From Eledone cirrhosa (taxonomy: Eukaryota), in contig OZ024741.1 of the NCBI GenBank assembly GCA_964016885.1, forward strand, positions 217,744,001 through 217,808,000: a DNA stretch of 64,000 nt, written 5' to 3'. The notes below the pieces were generated by a model. That model ran no database searches and was not told the origin of the DNA. It worked only from the letters and a program-made list of their open reading frames with translations. Made by a program: the position numbers and the translations under genes. The stretch's first letter is position 1. Each line of letters opens with the position of its first letter. Below, in pieces: positions 14,003 to 27,369 of the stretch.

Positions 14003-14440
14003 GGTGGCTGCCAACTCGTTTTCGAATACGGCTACTACTTTATATCCATGTAGGAGAACCCCTACCGATGCGCTGAACGAGTGTGACTTTTTAGTCCAGC
14101 CAGCGACTTGAAAACTCTGGTACAAACACTACACTTGTGACAATTATTGACACATAGTGCTGGGCCCATGGTACCATGTGACGAGTGCAGAGAGATCTCC
14201 AGATATAAAGCAATGCCTGTGCCGTGAAGCTTTTATAGTGAGCAAAGGCACTGCACAAAGCCAGTCCCACTCCCTTAACCAAGATGATATTTACCAAAAA
14301 GAAGAACAAATCAACATCATTGGATACCATCAGGGTTGCAGGTGTTATATCAGAGTTTTCCTTCTCCTAGAATTCTGCCTTGACAAAGGCTAAGGGGTCA
14401 TCTTTCCCGGTAATTTTGGATGGCCATTGACTCTTAAGAG
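14002..14440 (-). mobile_element. Short non-autonomous RTE-derived element; inverted copy at 47684-48086
   Basis: Carries the RTE 5'UTR motif AGAGTCAATGGCCATCCAA and a GCAGCC.CCAT 3' end. No ORF. Confidence 0.7.
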
Positions 14441-14612
14441 CTTCTTTGCCCTTTGACAGGTTTTGTTTTTAGTCCTGCAGGATGTCCATATATATGTGTC
14501 AATCTATTTCTAGTTGATATAATATGCTCGGATCTATTCATTGGAATCTTTGAGCTTATTCTGCAGTGATTATAGCGCATGTCTCTCAGACATGACAACC
14601 TTAATTTAATTT

Positions 14613-14650
<38 letters not shown>

Positions 14651-14949
14651 TATATAGGTATATATTCATTATTATTAAGGCTAAAAATTAAGTCTTATTA
14701 CTCTGGGGTTGCATCTGTTTATCACAGGGTCATCAGACAAGAACTGACGTTTCAATGCCAGACACAGTATATATAAGGAAAACATGGGGTGGAGGAAGGA
14801 GGTAATAATAATTTAGAAGGCTCAGTATATATACGGATATATATTCTTCGTTTTTTAATTTGGTTTGCAAGATTTCTTATCTGAAAACGCGTGTTGAAAC
14901 ATACTATAGTGTATCACAGAACAAAGGAGAGAGACAAAATAAAAACCTA

Positions 14950-14990
14950 GTCACTGAGGAGGTCACATTCTGTGACGAAAGAACTTTGAC
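14950..14990 (+). ncRNA. Minimal type I hammerhead ribozyme motif (family E)
   Basis: gtca-CTGAGGA-ggtcac.attct.gtgac-GAAA-gaac-TT-tgac. Lies in repeat 14860-15090, which recurs inverted at 23122-23400. Confidence 0.7.
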
Positions 14991-15207
14991 AATATATAAA
15001 CAACTTTCTGGTTATCGAACCAACCAATCAACCGGAAGTTTATAATAAATTGAAGTGAAAACCAGCAGTTGACCCTCCCAAAGTATAACTATATATAGCC
15101 CTCTTCTCCATGTGTGTTTATTAACTTAATTCCACACGAGGTGTAACTAGCCTGCTTTTAAATTCCCTTCTGGCATATTTAAGAAGTGACTTTGGTTATC
15201 GTGTTGA

Positions 15208-15272
15208 GCTCTACTGATGAACGACTCCAACCGTGACTCCAACCACTGAAAAGTTTCGAGACTATATAGAGC
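15208..15272 (+). ncRNA. Degenerate hammerhead motif
   Basis: gctcta-CTGATGA...GAGA-cta-TA-tagagc. Stem I is 6 bp, but GAAA is mutated to GAGA. Confidence 0.45.
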
Positions 15273-15515
15273 ATTTGTAGATTTTTCCAAATTGAAGGAT
15301 AAGTATTTACTCTTAATTTTATTCTGAGTTAAGATTCTATTGGTTTTATCCCCTGGATTTCACAAAATCTGCGGATAAAATTTCTGTCTTGACTTTTTTT
15401 GAATTGGGATTGAATTATTTTCCCATATCTTACGTTAAGTATTTTCCATCTTGTCGTAATAGTCACTTATATGTATGAATTACTGTTGGCTTCTTGCTCA
15501 CATTAATTTCTCTAT

Positions 15516-15613
<98 letters not shown>

Positions 15614-15654
15614 ATTATATTAATACATGGAAACTATCTTTATAAAACCATATT

Positions 15655-15715
15655 TATTTTATTATATATATTTCAAGGGTACCAAAATTTTGGTACGCAC
15701 TCATCAGATAAAATA
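15655..15715 (-). ncRNA. Minimal type I hammerhead ribozyme motif (family A)
   Basis: tattttat-CTGATGA-gtgcgtaccaaaattttggtaccctt-GAAA-tatata-TA-ataaaata. Confidence 0.8.
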
Positions 15716-15864
15716 CAAAAATTGTTTTATAAATATTGACATATCCCAAAACAAGAACTTATCGTTTTAAGTTCATTTTGGATGGTTTTGATTATTCAAT
15801 TCCAATAGTGGCAGTATTGGAATTTAATAATCAAAACCGTAGCGGCATGTCACATATCAAATCT

Positions 15865-15931
15865 TATATTTTATCTGATGAAAACGTACTTAAACACCAT
15901 TGTACCTTTGAAATATGTATAATAAAATATA
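15865..15931 (+). ncRNA. Minimal type I hammerhead ribozyme motif (family A)
   Basis: tatattttat-CTGATGA-aaacgtac...gtaccttt-GAAA-tatgta-TA-ataaaatata. Stem I is 10 bp. Confidence 0.82.
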
Positions 15932-16240
15932 TATTTTGATTATGAGAATATTTCTCATTTATTAATATTTTGAATAATATTAAATACTCCATGAACATTT
16001 TTCTAGTTGAGTGCTTCTAATCTATTGTAAAATTGTATTCGTTGAATAATCAACGAACCATATTAATCTTTGGTTTTATATATATATATATATATATAAA
16101 CAATGAGTTATATGGTTTGTTGATTATTCAACAAAGTTAATTTTAGAACAGATTAGAAGCACTCTACGGTTTCTGGGGTATCATTAATATTATCAATATT
16201 AATAAATGGAAAATATCTTTACAAAACCATATTTATTAGC

Positions 16241-16292
<52 letters not shown>

Positions 16293-17222
16293 TGTATACG
16301 ATAGAAAGGGATACAGTGTAAGAGTTTGAGAGTTAGGTTGTGTGAGTAAAGATAGGGAATGGGCTGATATAGTAACGAGGAAGAAAAAAGAGTGAGAGAA
16401 AGATGCTAGTGTGTATGTATATGAATCATTACGTAGAGTGTAACCGTATCTTACGCGGTTTTGAACATAAGAGGTCGGAATTTATTATTCAAATATACCC
16501 CACAGCTGAAAATCTCTCAACGATGTCTTTCACACAAAACAACATCACCGAATCTAAGGGAGATAACTGTAATCTCCTTAACGCAAGGAAGCACTTTTAT
16601 GCAAGAATCTTGAACATGTTTTGTTTGGATTTTTATGTAACGCGAACGTGTGGGGAGCAATTGGCCACATAAGATGCGGAACCGCTGTACGTGTGGCTTA
16701 GTAGTTGGACTGTTCTGGTCACAATCCTGAGGTCGTAAGTTCGATTCGAAGTGATGCATTGTGTCCTTGAGTAAGACACTTTATTTCTCATTATGTTGGT
16801 GAGAAGAGTGATAGAGAGAAGAGGGAAGAGAGAGAGAGAAAAGGAGAAGAGAGAGAAATGAAGATAAAGGGGAGAGAGAGAAAGAGAGGGGAGAGAGAGA
16901 GAGAAAAGAGGAAGAAAGAGAAGGAAGAGACAGAAAAGGAGAAAGACAAATAGAAAGAGAGGGAGAGAAAAGGACAAGAGAGACAGAAACAGAGAGACAA
17001 GTGTATCAGTGTGTGGTTGTAAGGAAGAGAGAGAGGAGAGGGAGAGAGAGAGAGAGAAACATAAATGAAGATATAAACAGATAATTAATGATAGAACGGG
17101 AATATTGGAGCCCACGTTTCCAAAGAAACCGACAGATAAGAGAGACAAAAGAGATAGTGAGAGAGAGAGAAACAGGGAGACATAGATAGATGGATGGAGA
17201 GACTGGCGGATTTGTGTGTGTG

Positions 17223-17266
<44 letters not shown>

Positions 17267-18605
17267 CATGCATATATACATACATAGAGATAAATAAATA
17301 GATAGAGTGTGACAGAGAAATACAGAGAAAAATAGAGATGTGACTAGAGAGAGTGAAAGATCGATAAAAAATAAATGTGGCCTGGAGGTTTACTATAGAT
17401 AAATATGGTTTTAAACAGAGCGACAGCTAGCTTGTTACTGTGTGTGTGTGGGGGGGGGGGGTGAGAGAGAGATTCCCGGGTTCAATCAGGGGTAACCACA
17501 GTAAATAAGACACTCAATACATTAGTAGAGTATAAACAAAGAAATTTAATATAGAAATGGCTTCTACAGGAGTAGAAGTACTCAATACCAAAGTAGAAAG
17601 TATTGGATATCTACTATATTACTGAAATTACTCATTATTGGTACTGACTTGCTAAGTAATATAATACAATATATATATATTATGTGTGTGAAGAGAGAAA
17701 GAGAGAGAGGGGGGGAGAAAGAGAGAGTGCGTGCGCGTGTGTTTCTTCATCACCATTATAAAATCCAGCTCTTTACATAAACCCGAATGTATTAAGACAC
17801 ATACATACATACAGAGACATATACATATACGTACCTATACACACACATACATACATACAAAGAGACACATACACGCACCCTCATACACAGCAACAAGATG
17901 TATGTATGCATACGATTTGTGTTCTTGTATAAATACATGTGCACAAATATATGCTTGCATGTATGCATGCATTCGTGATTATGCACATGCACAAATGCAT
18001 GTCTATACAGATATAAACAGCTACACATGCACACACACAAGCATACAGTTGTACACAAGCACATATACACACACATATATAAATGTGTACGCGTATATGT
18101 ATGAACGAATGTATGTACGTACGTACGTATGTATATATATATATGTAAGTATGCATGTATGCCTGCATGCATGTATGAATGAATGAATATGTGCCTGTAT
18201 GCATGTATGTATGTGTGCCTGCATGCATGTATATATGTATGTGTGTGTGTGTATGTATGTTTGTATGTATATATGTATGTACGTATTTATGCATGTATAT
18301 ATGTATGTACGAATGTATGCATGTATGTATGCAGTGACAGAGAGAGAGGAAGAAAAGGGTGTATATTATGTTGCTGTAAAAAAGACACGTGTATGTATAA
18401 TCACACGTACTTTACACATGGATATATATATATATATATATATGCATATACTAAGATACATATGCGTATAAACGTACATGGACACACGCACACACGCATA
18501 CGTGCACACGATACACGTGCTTGGAGGATTGGCGTGCATGTTTACAAAACATGCAACAGAGCGCATTATACAATATACACGCATGATTGCATGCACAATT
18601 GCATG

Positions 18606-18668
<63 letters not shown>

Positions 18669-19187
18669 TACAGATGCATACAACTATATATGCATATTAC
18701 GTGAACACATGATTCCATACGTAAACAATAGTTGCAGATGTTAACAGAAGCGTTCGTAAACAAATACCGATAACAGAGAGACACACACATACACATGCTT
18801 ACACGCGCACACATGTTGCTGCAGCTTTGTATAGAGGGACTATATATATACATGCATTCATAAATACACATGCATGCAAGCACATATACATACACACCCA
18901 TACATGCATAAATACACATGCATATACACATACACACAGAAATACACGCACAGAGATATACATACATACACACATATATGCATTTATCTAGAGTACATAC
19001 ATATACAGACATGTGCATATATTCACCAGCACGTGTGTATGTATGTATAAATATACATATCCAGTATGTGGGAGATAGGGGGTTCGATTCCTAGTTGCGA
19101 CCAATGCAACTTCTATTCCTGTCTTTAAGGGTCTTCCCCCTATTTTATAAGGTGTTTTATAGCATCTTCGCGCATGGGCACACAACT

Positions 19188-19263
<76 letters not shown>

Positions 19264-19294
19264 AGATCAAAAGATGGTTAAAGGAGTTCCATGT

Positions 19295-19363
19295 ATTTTA
19301 TTATGCGCATTTCAAAAACAAACATCATCATGCAATAATATTTGTGTTTTCATCAGATAAAAC
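19295..19363 (-). ncRNA. Minimal type I hammerhead ribozyme motif (family A-like)
   Basis: gttttat-CTGATGA-aaacacaaata...tgtttgttttt-GAAA-tgcgca-TA-ataaaat. Stem III region is the palindrome ATGCGCAT. Confidence 0.82.
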
Positions 19364-19787
19364 AGGAGAACATGATATGAAGGCTAAAAAACACTTGTGG
19401 ATAGTGCAGTTAATAAAATACATGGAACTCCTATAACCATCTTTTGATCTTATATTATGTATACTCCAGTCCTACAAACTGTAGAGTGCTTCTTATCCGA
19501 TATCTGCATTGCTTTATTGTACTACAATAAAACTCACCTCCTACATATATATATATAGAGAGAGAGAATTCACAAGAATCAAAGCTATGTTCAAATGCTT
19601 TGATTCTTGTGAATTCTATATAACTGCTCTGTAGAACAACTGATGTTATTACATTGAGCTATTTATCTTACTGGTAATAAGGTAGTAATAAATTACTGTT
19701 TAAAATATACATAACTATAAAAAGTTTAATATATACATAACCATAAATAGTATCCTTAATATTATATATATATGTATATATATATAA

Positions 19788-19831
<44 letters not shown>

Positions 19832-19883
19832 CAAGAAAGAAGAGTGACATGGTTGGCTATACAATAATGGCTTTATTCACATT

Positions 19884-19990
19884 GCTGACAATTGTTTCTT
19901 TGATCTGGTAGGTCTAGAGTTCGCTACTCGCTTGATGTTGCGTCAATCGATCTCCAATACTTTGTTTATAACCAATCGTTTCATCAGAGC
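19884..19990 (-). ncRNA. Hammerhead motif with long stem II (family F)
   Basis: gct-CTGATGA-(~80 nt)-GAAA-caattg-TC-agc. Confidence 0.55.
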
Positions 19991-21420
19991 GTGCGAAAGT
20001 GAGGAAGTGAGGAGTGGTATTAAACCAGAACAATAATATCAATAATAAAATAACTAGATACTGAATAGTTAAAATAATAACATCAATATAAGTAAGAAAT
20101 AGAGTATAATGATGAATCTAGCATATTAAACGAACTGATATGATACAGATGTATGAAGTTGATATGTGAAAACTGCTATAGGGTACATTAGATGAAGTGT
20201 TAAGGTGGTGGAGAGATAACTGATAAAATGTACTTGGAGTCAGGATTTAGGAGTAATTATGAGGTATATACGTGTGCTGTAGGTTTGAAAGCACACTAGC
20301 AATAAACCGGAGATAGTTTTATTGTTTGACAGATAAGTATTTTCGTTGTATCAACTTAGTGAGAATGATAGAGTGGGTGCATAGAGATATATGGTTTTTA
20401 TGCGGTGTTAAGTGAAGTTGTAGATTCGGTATTTAGGTGGCCTATTCTAAAAGTTGGGATTGTTAGTTCGAATCATGGGGGTTTAGTTTTCACATCAATA
20501 ACAAATAGTGTATAAATAAGACAATAACAACAACAACAATAGAGACAATAAAAGTAATAAAATAATAAAATATGCATGGTAAATAGAGAGAATATGATGA
20601 ATAATATTAGGGATACATTGAGATGATCATAATAATAATAAGAGGAAAATAAGATTTCAAGGAGTGTAGGAGTGATAAGATAATGTACTTAGAATTAAGT
20701 TCATCTGTTAGAGATCATGAGTGCTAATGTGAGATACGTAGATATAATCTTTTACATTTGAATTATTATGGCTTTGGATAAAGTCTATTGAGGTTTATTG
20801 AGAAACACAAAAATCTAACATTTGATACGTTTTGACTCCTCACATTAGTATATATATATATATCCATGTACTGTTTTCAGCCATTGAACTGCGGCCATGC
20901 TGAAGCACCGTCTTCAAGGGATACTTTAGTCGATCATATCGAAACCAGTACTTCAGTCAGATTACAATTTATTTTAATTCTATTAGTCTCTATGTATGTC
21001 TATAAAAAAATCACACACACACTCATATGTGAGTGTGTATTTATATGTATATATATATGTGTGTGTGTGTGTAATATATGTATGTGTACACATATATATA
21101 TATATATATATACATACACACACACACATATATATGTGTTTATACATAAATATATTACAGGTGCTTAAAACGTGATTACTATCTACACTCCCTCCCTCTC
21201 CTATACTCATCCCTCTTGATTTCTTAGTTATCTCCTCTTGCCCCCCCCCCCTCCTAGTTTTTTGATTTCACTACATCTATAATCTATTTATCGATATATA
21301 TCGATAGGTGTCTGGAGCTAGCTACTTATCTATCTATACACACACACACACACACACTCACATATATAGTACATTATATAAGTATATATAATATATATAT
21401 AATATATATATATATATTAT

Positions 21421-21493
<73 letters not shown>

Positions 21494-21499
21494 TATATA

Positions 21500-21855
21500 T
21501 ACGATATTAAACAAATGGAAACTATATTTATAAAACCATATTTATTTCGTTATATATATTTCTGGGATATCATATTAAAAATATGGTATGCCTTCCTCAG
21601 ACAAAATACAATATACAAGCTGTTTTATAAATAATTTTGACATACCTTAGAATAATGCAACTTCCATTTAAAAAATCAACTTTTTAAATGGAAGTTGCAT
21701 TATTCTAAGGTATGTCAAAATTATTTATAAAACAGCTTGTATATTGTATTTTGTCTGAGGAAGGCATACCATATTTTTAATATGATATCCCAGAAATATA
21801 TATAACGAAATAAATATGGTTTTATAAATATAGTTTCCATTTGTTTAATATCGTA
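21500..21855. repeat. Perfect inverted repeat, 175-bp arms, 6-nt loop (family A foldback)
   Basis: 21500-21674 is the reverse complement of 21681-21855. A unique tail follows to about 21945, and (TA)n flanks both sides. Confidence 0.95.
21747..21812 (+). ncRNA. Minimal type I hammerhead motif (family A); mirror copy at 21543-21608 on the - strand
   Basis: tattttgt-CTGAGGA-aggcatacc.atatt.ttt.aatat.gatatccca-GAAA-tatata-TA-acgaaata. Confidence 0.75.
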
Positions 21856-21949
21856 AACCTACTCCAAAAACTGTTGAGTGCTTTTATATCAGTTATAAAA
21901 TATTTACTCGTTGTAACCCAACAATTTTAAATAAATCTTTTGCATATAT

Positions 21950-21981
<32 letters not shown>

Positions 21982-22112
21982 ATATATATGTATTGAAGTT
22001 TCCGTTGAAAATTGAAAAAGTCATAGGAGTGAAGAGTGCCCTATGCTCGACTTTAAAAGGGCTGGAAGGTGCCAATCTCATAAAAATGTAGAATATGCTG
22101 CGATATATATAT

Positions 22113-22384
22113 AATTATTTCTACTTTTGGCACAAGGCCAGCAAGTACTGGTACTTTATTTTATATAATATATATAATATATATATAAGTGTATATATAA
22201 ATATAATTGTTTCTACTTTGGGCACAAGGCCAGCAATTATCCCAGTGCATTACTGGTACTTTATTTTATCGACCCCCCCCCCCGTAAGGATGAAAGGCGG
22301 GATTTGAACTCAGAATGGCAAGGGCCGTAACTCTATGCATCAAAGCATGGCGTCCAACCCTCTACCGATACTGCCAATCCACCA
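22113..22384 (-). mobile_element. SINE family 1 with a duplicated 3' end
   Basis: Two TTTCTACTTT..GCACAAGGCCAGCAA ends precede the body. Confidence 0.8.
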
Positions 22385-22799
22385 CTTATATATATACTAT
22401 ATATATAAGTGTATATATAAATATAATATATATATATATGAAATATATATATGTATATATAAAATATATAATATATATACATATATAATAAATTACACAC
22501 ACACACACTTATACAAAAATATGCACATGTACATTGGCGCACACTTCCATCAACTATACAGGAATCACAAAGAAGCAATAGTACACCTAGTACACACTTA
22601 ACACCTACGAAACAGATGGTCTCTCCAACTCGGATCCCACCCCCGCACGCCGGACTTCTCACCTACCTTCACCACCCATCTTAAATATTGTTTTACCAAA
22701 CCTCCGTTGTTCCATTTTCCTCCTCTCTCCGAACTGTACTATATCTTGAAGAAGGACCTATGTCTGACACGTTGAAACATATATATATATATATATATA

Positions 22800-23106
22800 T
22801 GAAGTAATTCCGTCGGAAAAGTCCAGGAAAAAAGAGTGCTCTATGTAAGCAACAGAGCTTAATTATTATTATGTAATAAACAACATAAGGCAATTATTCC
22901 ATTTACCAGTGGTTTCTTAAAAGCAAAAGGTTTTGCTTTCAATCCTCCAGCCTCACTTTCATATAGCTTGCTTTTTTTGTTTTTAAGATCCAAATTCAAT
23001 AAACAAACCACGATTTTTTCATTCTGAGGATTGAAAGCAAAACCTTTTGCTTTTAAGAAACCACTGGTAAATGGAATAATTGCCTTATGTTGTTTATTAC
23101 ATAATA
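22800..23106 (-). mobile_element. Foldback module, family B: 81-bp inverted arms (22867-22947 and 23026-23106) plus tail 22800-22866
   Basis: Arms are exact and the module is flanked by (TA)n. Homologue at 53571-53825. Confidence 0.85.
23017..23076 (+). ncRNA. Type I hammerhead motif (family B)
   Basis: tttcatt-CTGAGGA-ttgaaagcaaaa.cc.ttttgcttttaa-GAAA-ccactgg-TA-aatggaa. Confidence 0.8.
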
Positions 23107-23262
23107 TATATATATATATATTGTTATACTTTGGGAGGGTCATGTTGCCAATAAGAAACAGTTACTTTTACTTCAATTTATTATAATAAATTTATAAATT
23201 TAGGAATTTATAAATTTCCGGTTGGTTGGTTGGTTCCACAACCAGATGGTTGTTTATATATT

Positions 23263-23305
23263 GTCAAAGTTCTTTCGTCACACATTCTGTGACCTCTTCA
23301 GTGAC
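23263..23305 (-). ncRNA. Minimal type I hammerhead motif (family E)
   Basis: gtca-CTGAAGA-ggtcac.agaatgt.gtgac-GAAA-gaac-TT-tgac. Confidence 0.7.
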
Positions 23306-23398
23306 TGGGGATTCTTTTCTTTGTTTTTGTGCCTCTCCTTTGTTCTGTCCTACGCCATCTTGTTTCTGCGTGTGTGTTGTCACACAAATTCAGAAACG

Positions 23399-23497
<99 letters not shown>

Positions 23498-23589
23498 CAT
23501 ATAATCAATAAATCTACCTATTGAGCAATATATATATATCTATATATCTATATATGAATCTGATTCTCTCCGTCACACGCGTCTCTTTA

Positions 23590-24155
23590 CTTGATGAGAC
23601 GAGATGCGATTCTCCCTCTCTCTCTCTCTATCTATCTCCTACACACATATGTAGGGGAGAGATGTATAAGGCAAGAGATAGAGAGGGGGTAAGAGATAAA
23701 GAGAGAGAAAACGAGAAGGAAATGAAGATATATATATATATATATTAGTTTCATTCTTTCCTCTTTTTTTCCTTTTCTTTTTCGTCATCTTTCTAATTTC
23801 CTTCCCTTCACATTCTCCTTTACTCTCCTTCTCACCCTCTATATCTCTCTCCTTCGCCCTAGCTTCCTCTATATCTCTCCTATTTTTTCTCCCTCTACAT
23901 CTCTTTCTCTCAGTATCTCTTCTTTCTCTCTCTCCCTCTAATTCTCAACTCTTATATATCTCTCCTTCTTGCTCACTCCCCCCCCCCCCTTTATCTCTCT
24001 CTCTCTATATATATATATATCTTCATTTCCTTCTCGTTTTCTCTCCCTTTATCTCTTACTCTCTCTCTATCTCTTACCTTATACACCTCTCCCCTACATA
24101 TGTGTGTAGGAGATAGATAAATAGAGAGGAGGAATCACATAGCGTCTCATCTAGT
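23590..24155. repeat. Imperfect inverted repeat, arms about 155 bp, pyrimidine-rich spacer about 260 bp
   Basis: TCTCCTACACACATATGTAGGGGAGAG...GAAGGAAATGAAGAT is mirrored at about 24005-24155. Confidence 0.85.
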
Positions 24156-24336
24156 AGAACATTTGAGAACACGTGTCTCTGAAGAAGGGAATCTCGAAGG
24201 AATGGCACCAACACTAGAAAATTAAATGGAGTGAAGCGATCAAAGCTGAAACTTCGAAGTCACTGTCACACTCTTCTCACCTGCAGGGTGTGTTCAATCA
24301 GTTAATATTTTAAATACTGCGGTATTTTAAACACAC

Positions 24337-24381
<45 letters not shown>

Positions 24382-24382
24382 G

Positions 24383-24420
<38 letters not shown>

Positions 24421-24696
24421 CACATACACATATACACACACACACACACATAAGAGAGAGAGAGAAAAAGAGATACACAGATGTAAGCAGGAACGAAGTC
24501 AAGGTTGCACCATAAATGAACTTCATTACATATATACAATTATTTCGATATCGATCAGCTAAAGGTTCGATCGATGTTCAGGGCTCGTTGTCGTAGGCGC
24601 AGAACACACATACACATAATATATGTGTATAATATATTATTTTACTGGTTTCAGCCGTTTCACTGCGGCACCTTAAAAAAAAAAGAAAATCTCATT

Positions 24697-24788
24697 CGCC
24701 CACAGAGGGACTTGAACCCGCGACCCTCAGATACCTTCACAGTGAGTGCCGTAAAAGTCTGATGCTCTACCGACTGAGCTATGCAGGC
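24697..24788 (-). tRNA. tRNA-Lys(TTT) with a 19-nt intron (24733-24751)
   Basis: GCCTGCATAGCTCAGTCGGTAGAGCATCAGACTTTTA[CGGCACTCACTGTGAAGGT]ATCTGAGGGTCGCGGGTTCAAGTCCCTCTGTGGGCG. Mature length 73 nt, intron after position 37, downstream poly-T. One T-stem mismatch. Confidence 0.85.
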
Positions 24789-25497
24789 GGACAGATGCCT
24801 GACAGCATAACACAATATATGATCAAATATTTAGTGTAGATCTATCAGCAGGGAAGGCACGTGGTTTAATGGTCAGACAGATAGATTCGCAATAGTGAGG
24901 TTGTGAGTTCGATTCCCGAACAGGGCGATGTGTTGTGTCCTTAAGCAAAACATTTTATTTCACGTTGCTATTGTTCACTCAACTGTAGAAATAAGTTGAG
25001 CGTCACGTAATTGTAGGATATGACGGGTTCCTTTCATTAAAACACCCAAGTGTCCTACTACATTAAAAATCCTGGGAAATCTATGATTTGTGCATTATTC
25101 TATGTACTATACATGCACCTTTGATGAGTTGTAGTGCACCTGAGCACTGTACCCAATTTTCATTATTTCATATTTCATGTGCCAAGCTGTAATGGCTTTA
25201 GTCTTTCCCTTGGACAACATCGGTGACGTTAGTCGAGACAGACCAAACAAACCAGCGATGGAAAATAAACCTGTTGACAATAAACAGAAGCCCTCGTTCT
25301 AGGGGAACTTTTGGACAAACGGGTCATAGGTCGACTTGGTGTGGGATAAAGAAGGAAGATATCAGCAAGCTAAAATTGTAAGCCTCGTTGCAGTAATGTA
25401 AACAAATGTCAATATATTTTGTTATTCCCCATATATTTTCCGTCCGACGTGTGACTCCGGACTAAACATAGTAAATTTGAATAGTCAGGACCGTATG

Positions 25498-25688
25498 CAG
25501 TGCGGGATTTAGGACAAATGAAGCGATGTGCTAGTTAAGTTATGAGGCCCCTATCTTGGGCCCTGAAGGATGAAAAAAACACCGTAAAAATGATGGGGGG
25601 GGGGGGGGGGGGAGCAGGAAGATGCCCCACCTGACTAACGGGGCCCGGTGTTTAAGCACACGTAAACACAATAGTAAATCTGACACTG
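25498..25688. mobile_element. hAT-like MITE, 191 bp
   Basis: Imperfect TIRs CAGTGCGGGATTTA and TAAATCTGACACTG; 8-bp TSD (A/G)CCGTATG. Confidence 0.75.
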
Positions 25689-25965
25689 GCCGTATGAGCA
25701 AGTTAACACATGGAGAATCAAATATGACAGGATGGTTTCGATCCGTGATTGGAAACGATATTATTCCACGTATGTTGTTATAAAGAGATCGATAGAACGG
25801 CATGAATATCTCAACATCCTATGGCATTTCTCCGTCTTCTTTGAAAACATGTCGTAACCTAACTCCAAGAACCCTTTCATTGGCCCCTATTTCTTATGAA
25901 ATACATTATTTCAATCAATTTGGAAGAATTTACTTAAATTATGAACTCTTTTATATAATTATGTG

Positions 25966-26178
25966 AAGGCGTGTGGCTGAGTGGTTAGAGAATTGGATAT
26001 ACAATCGTGAGGTTGTCAGTTCGATTCCTGGACTGGGCCATGCGTTATGTCCTTGAGCAAGACACTTTATTTCACGCTGTTCCTTCTACCTGGAGTTGCG
26101 ACCGATAGGTAGTACTAGCAACTGGAAAGACCGACGAAAACAATGTTTCTTCCGTCGGAATTGACGAAAGTCGATCGA
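25966..26178 (+). mobile_element. SINE family 2 copy
   Basis: Close match to 1503-1712, with a clear B-box GTTCGATTCC. Confidence 0.85.
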
Positions 26179-26245
26179 TCCTTTTTTTTTTTTTTTTTTT
26201 TTAAATAAAATTATATTGGAAGATTTTAATTTAAATGTATGTATA

Positions 26246-26827
26246 CAGGGCTGGATTTAGACCTAGTCGGGGCTCAGAGCACGTCAGGGGGGGGGGGTCT
26301 CTTCTTACATATCGAAGTTGGCTTGGTGCAAGTAATTGGAATTGAAAAGTTTTACATACAGTTATTAACTTTTTGTTTTAAATCTAGCCATCCTCATTTT
26401 ACGTCGACTTTTCACACTAGTTTGTGTTGGACAGATAGTCACAGTCTGAGACCAGACATATCAGTGTGACCTCATCTTGCTCATACATTACATATTTGGC
26501 ACGGTTTCTATGGCTGGATGACCTTCCTAACTTAACCACTTTACAGTGTTTACTGGGTGTATTGTTTTTTCAATACCAGCACAACCACTTTACACAGTTG
26601 ACTAAGTATATTCTATCAAGGTACCAACACTAACAATTTACAGGATGCACTGAGTGCATTTTATCGTGACACTAGTACTAAAGAGGTTGTTACATGCTCG
26701 TTGTCAAAGGGATTACATAAAAAGCTCATCAGAGGCACAAATAAATTGCTACGGCCGTCGCTGGTGGGGCTCCTTGTTGCGGGAGCAGGGTAATTTCCCC
26801 CTTTGCCCTCCATCAAATCTGGCCCTG
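26246..26827. mobile_element. hAT-like MITE with a nested SINE-like insert
   Basis: TIRs CAGGGCTGGATTT and AAATCTGGCCCTG; 8-bp TSD TATGTAT(A/G). Confidence 0.7.
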
Positions 26828-27369
26828 TATGTATGAACCCGTACTCCCGAGGAAGTCGTAAGGACGCCATATTAACATTTAGCGTTTCTTGAGGCAATTT
26901 TTTAAACCTGGCGGAGCTCATCTCCTCCCCAAATCTGAGTACAGCAGATTTCTCCCAGAGAAGGATAGAGTGTGAGAGAATGGAAGTGAGAAAGAGATAG
27001 AGAGAGGAAGAATTGATCGCAGTACTTGACCTCGAAAGGATGAAAGGTAAAGCTGATCTCGCCGGGATTTGAACTCAGAGAGCAGAGAGCCGGAACGAAT
27101 ACCGCAAGACATTTTACCCAACGTTCGAACGACTCTGCCAATTCGCCGACTTTTAATTTAAATAGAAACCCTTTAAAATGAGTGGTTTTGTTTCATAAAA
27201 CCGGTGTCAGTTTTGGTTGGGTTAGTTTTAAATGGGTTATGACGTTTGGGAAGGGCAGTGTCCCTGTCCAAAAACATGATCACAGGTCCTCTAAAACTGG
27301 CAGGTGATGGTGGTGGCGGAGGAAGATGGCCTCATACCTGTGACCTGGCTCTAATGATTGTATGAGGTT

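Noticed and set aside
14690-14760. CTGATGA and GAAACGTC on the minus strand (similar partial cores at about 22745, 24180, 28520 and 36700)
   Set aside because: Core or stems are too degenerate to call. They may be decayed members of the ribozyme modules.
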